This document shows, one piece after another, positions 31,442 to 32,000 of a DNA stretch of 32,000 nucleotides. Below the pieces are notes generated by a model. That model ran no database searches. It was not told where the DNA came from and was given only the letters and a program-made list of their open reading frames with translations. A program made the translations under genes and the position numbers. Position 1 is the stretch's first letter, and each line of letters starts with the position of its first letter. This DNA is from Candidatus Iainarchaeum sp. (GTDB taxonomy: Archaea; Iainarchaeota; Iainarchaeia; Iainarchaeales; JAZDEL01): contig JAZDEL010000009.1 of assembly GCA_043808785.1 (NCBI GenBank), positions 30,001 through 62,000 on the forward strand, read 5' to 3'.

Positions 31442-32000
31442 GTGGTGCTCTTGGAAGAACTGATTGAACTCGCAAAAAAACTCGGCCTGAACGAGTACGA
31501 ATCAAAGGCATATGTGGCGCTTTCAAAACTCGGCTCCGCCCCTGTCTCGCAGGTTAGCAGGCACGGTGCAATTCCGAGGGCACGCGTTTATGACGTGCTT
31601 GCAAGCCTTGACAGCAAGGGTTTTGCGGTGAAAAAGCCCACAAAGCCCGTGGAGTATGCCGCACTTCCCCCCTCCGCAGCGCTTAAGAACCTGCACGAAA
31701 GGAAGAGGCAGGAATTGGACAGCAGCCTTAAGGAACTTGAAAAGGTCTGCATTATGCTCGAGCGCAAGGCATCCTCGGGCGTAAAGCCTGGCGTGAATGA
31801 AGGAGGTGCCTGGAGCCTGCAGGGCGGCAGGCGCAATATTTACGAAAAAATACTGCAGGAACTCGCAAATGCCGAGCAGGCGGTCCTATTCTGTACGACC
31901 CCCAAGGGCATTAAGAGAAAAAACGGCGCCTTTGGGCATAAATTGGAAGCGCTTTCAAAGAAGGGCGTGAAGGTAAGCTTTGCAAAGCACCCCAATGCAA
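31442..32000 (+). CDS. trmB: TrmB-family transcriptional regulator (3' end beyond the window)
   Basis: Not in the ORF track (open-ended): VVLLEELIELAKKLGLNEYESKAYVALSKLGSAPVSQVSRHGAIPRARVYDVLASLDSKGFAV... This is the classic TrmB wHTH. Candidate starts are GTG 31442, GTG 31445 or TTG 31451. A TTTTTATA box lies at 31390-31397. Confidence 0.8.
   Translation, partial: MVLLEELIELAKKLGLNEYESKAYVALSKLGSAPVSQVSRHGAIPRARVYDVLASLDSKGFAVKKPTKPVEYAALPPSAALKNLHERKRQELDSSLKELEKVCIMLERKASSGVKPGVNEGGAWSLQGGRRNIYEKILQELANAEQAVLFCTTPKGIKRKNGAFGHKLEALSKKGVKVSFAKHPNA

Overview
The window looks archaeal. BRE/TATA-like boxes (GAAAGGTTTAWAT, CCAAATATWTAT) sit about 25-45 nt upstream of many start codons, one tRNA carries a canonical 37/38 intron, and a TrmB-type regulator is present. 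GC is mid-range by eye. All family calls come from motifs I recognise by reading; no searches were run.

Content, in order:
- A tdh-kbl threonine-to-glycine pair.
- A RelB/RelE toxin-antitoxin (TA) pair.
- Small membrane proteins, including a DUF2061-like ORF with no usable start codon.
- tRNA-Arg(TCT, with intron).
- A polyprenol-kinase/cytidylyltransferase-like membrane protein.
- An AAA+/DUF4143 ATPase.
- tRNA-Leu(GAG).
- A protein with a Tat-signal-like N-terminus.
- HIT, tRNA-Ser(GGA) and ribulose-phosphate 3-epimerase on one strand.
- A 1750-aa surface protein made of three roughly 480-497-aa repeats, followed by a membrane-anchored transglutaminase-like protein.
- A VapB/VapC TA pair.
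- An ACT-domain protein plus a serine hydrolase.
- An N-formylglutamate-amidohydrolase-like gene plus a GCS2-type carboxylate-amine ligase.
- tRNA-Ser(TGA).
- Two mini membrane ORFs.
- A tightly coupled three-gene operon of very large secreted or anchored proteins (about 9.1 kb).
- A small membrane protein and a 3'-truncated TrmB gene.

About 45% of the window encodes extracellular proteins.

The signals I consider most worth follow-up:
1. A conserved bipartite palindromic module directly 3' of three of the four tRNAs, together with families of short AT-outside/GC-inside hairpins in the same spacers.
2. The surface-protein loci: mosaic repeat history, complementary anchoring topologies, and an adjacent transglutaminase-like ectoenzyme.
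3. Several short duplications of gene 3' ends and of promoter boxes.

I saw no cas genes, CRISPR array, integrase, transposase, reverse transcriptase or rRNA.
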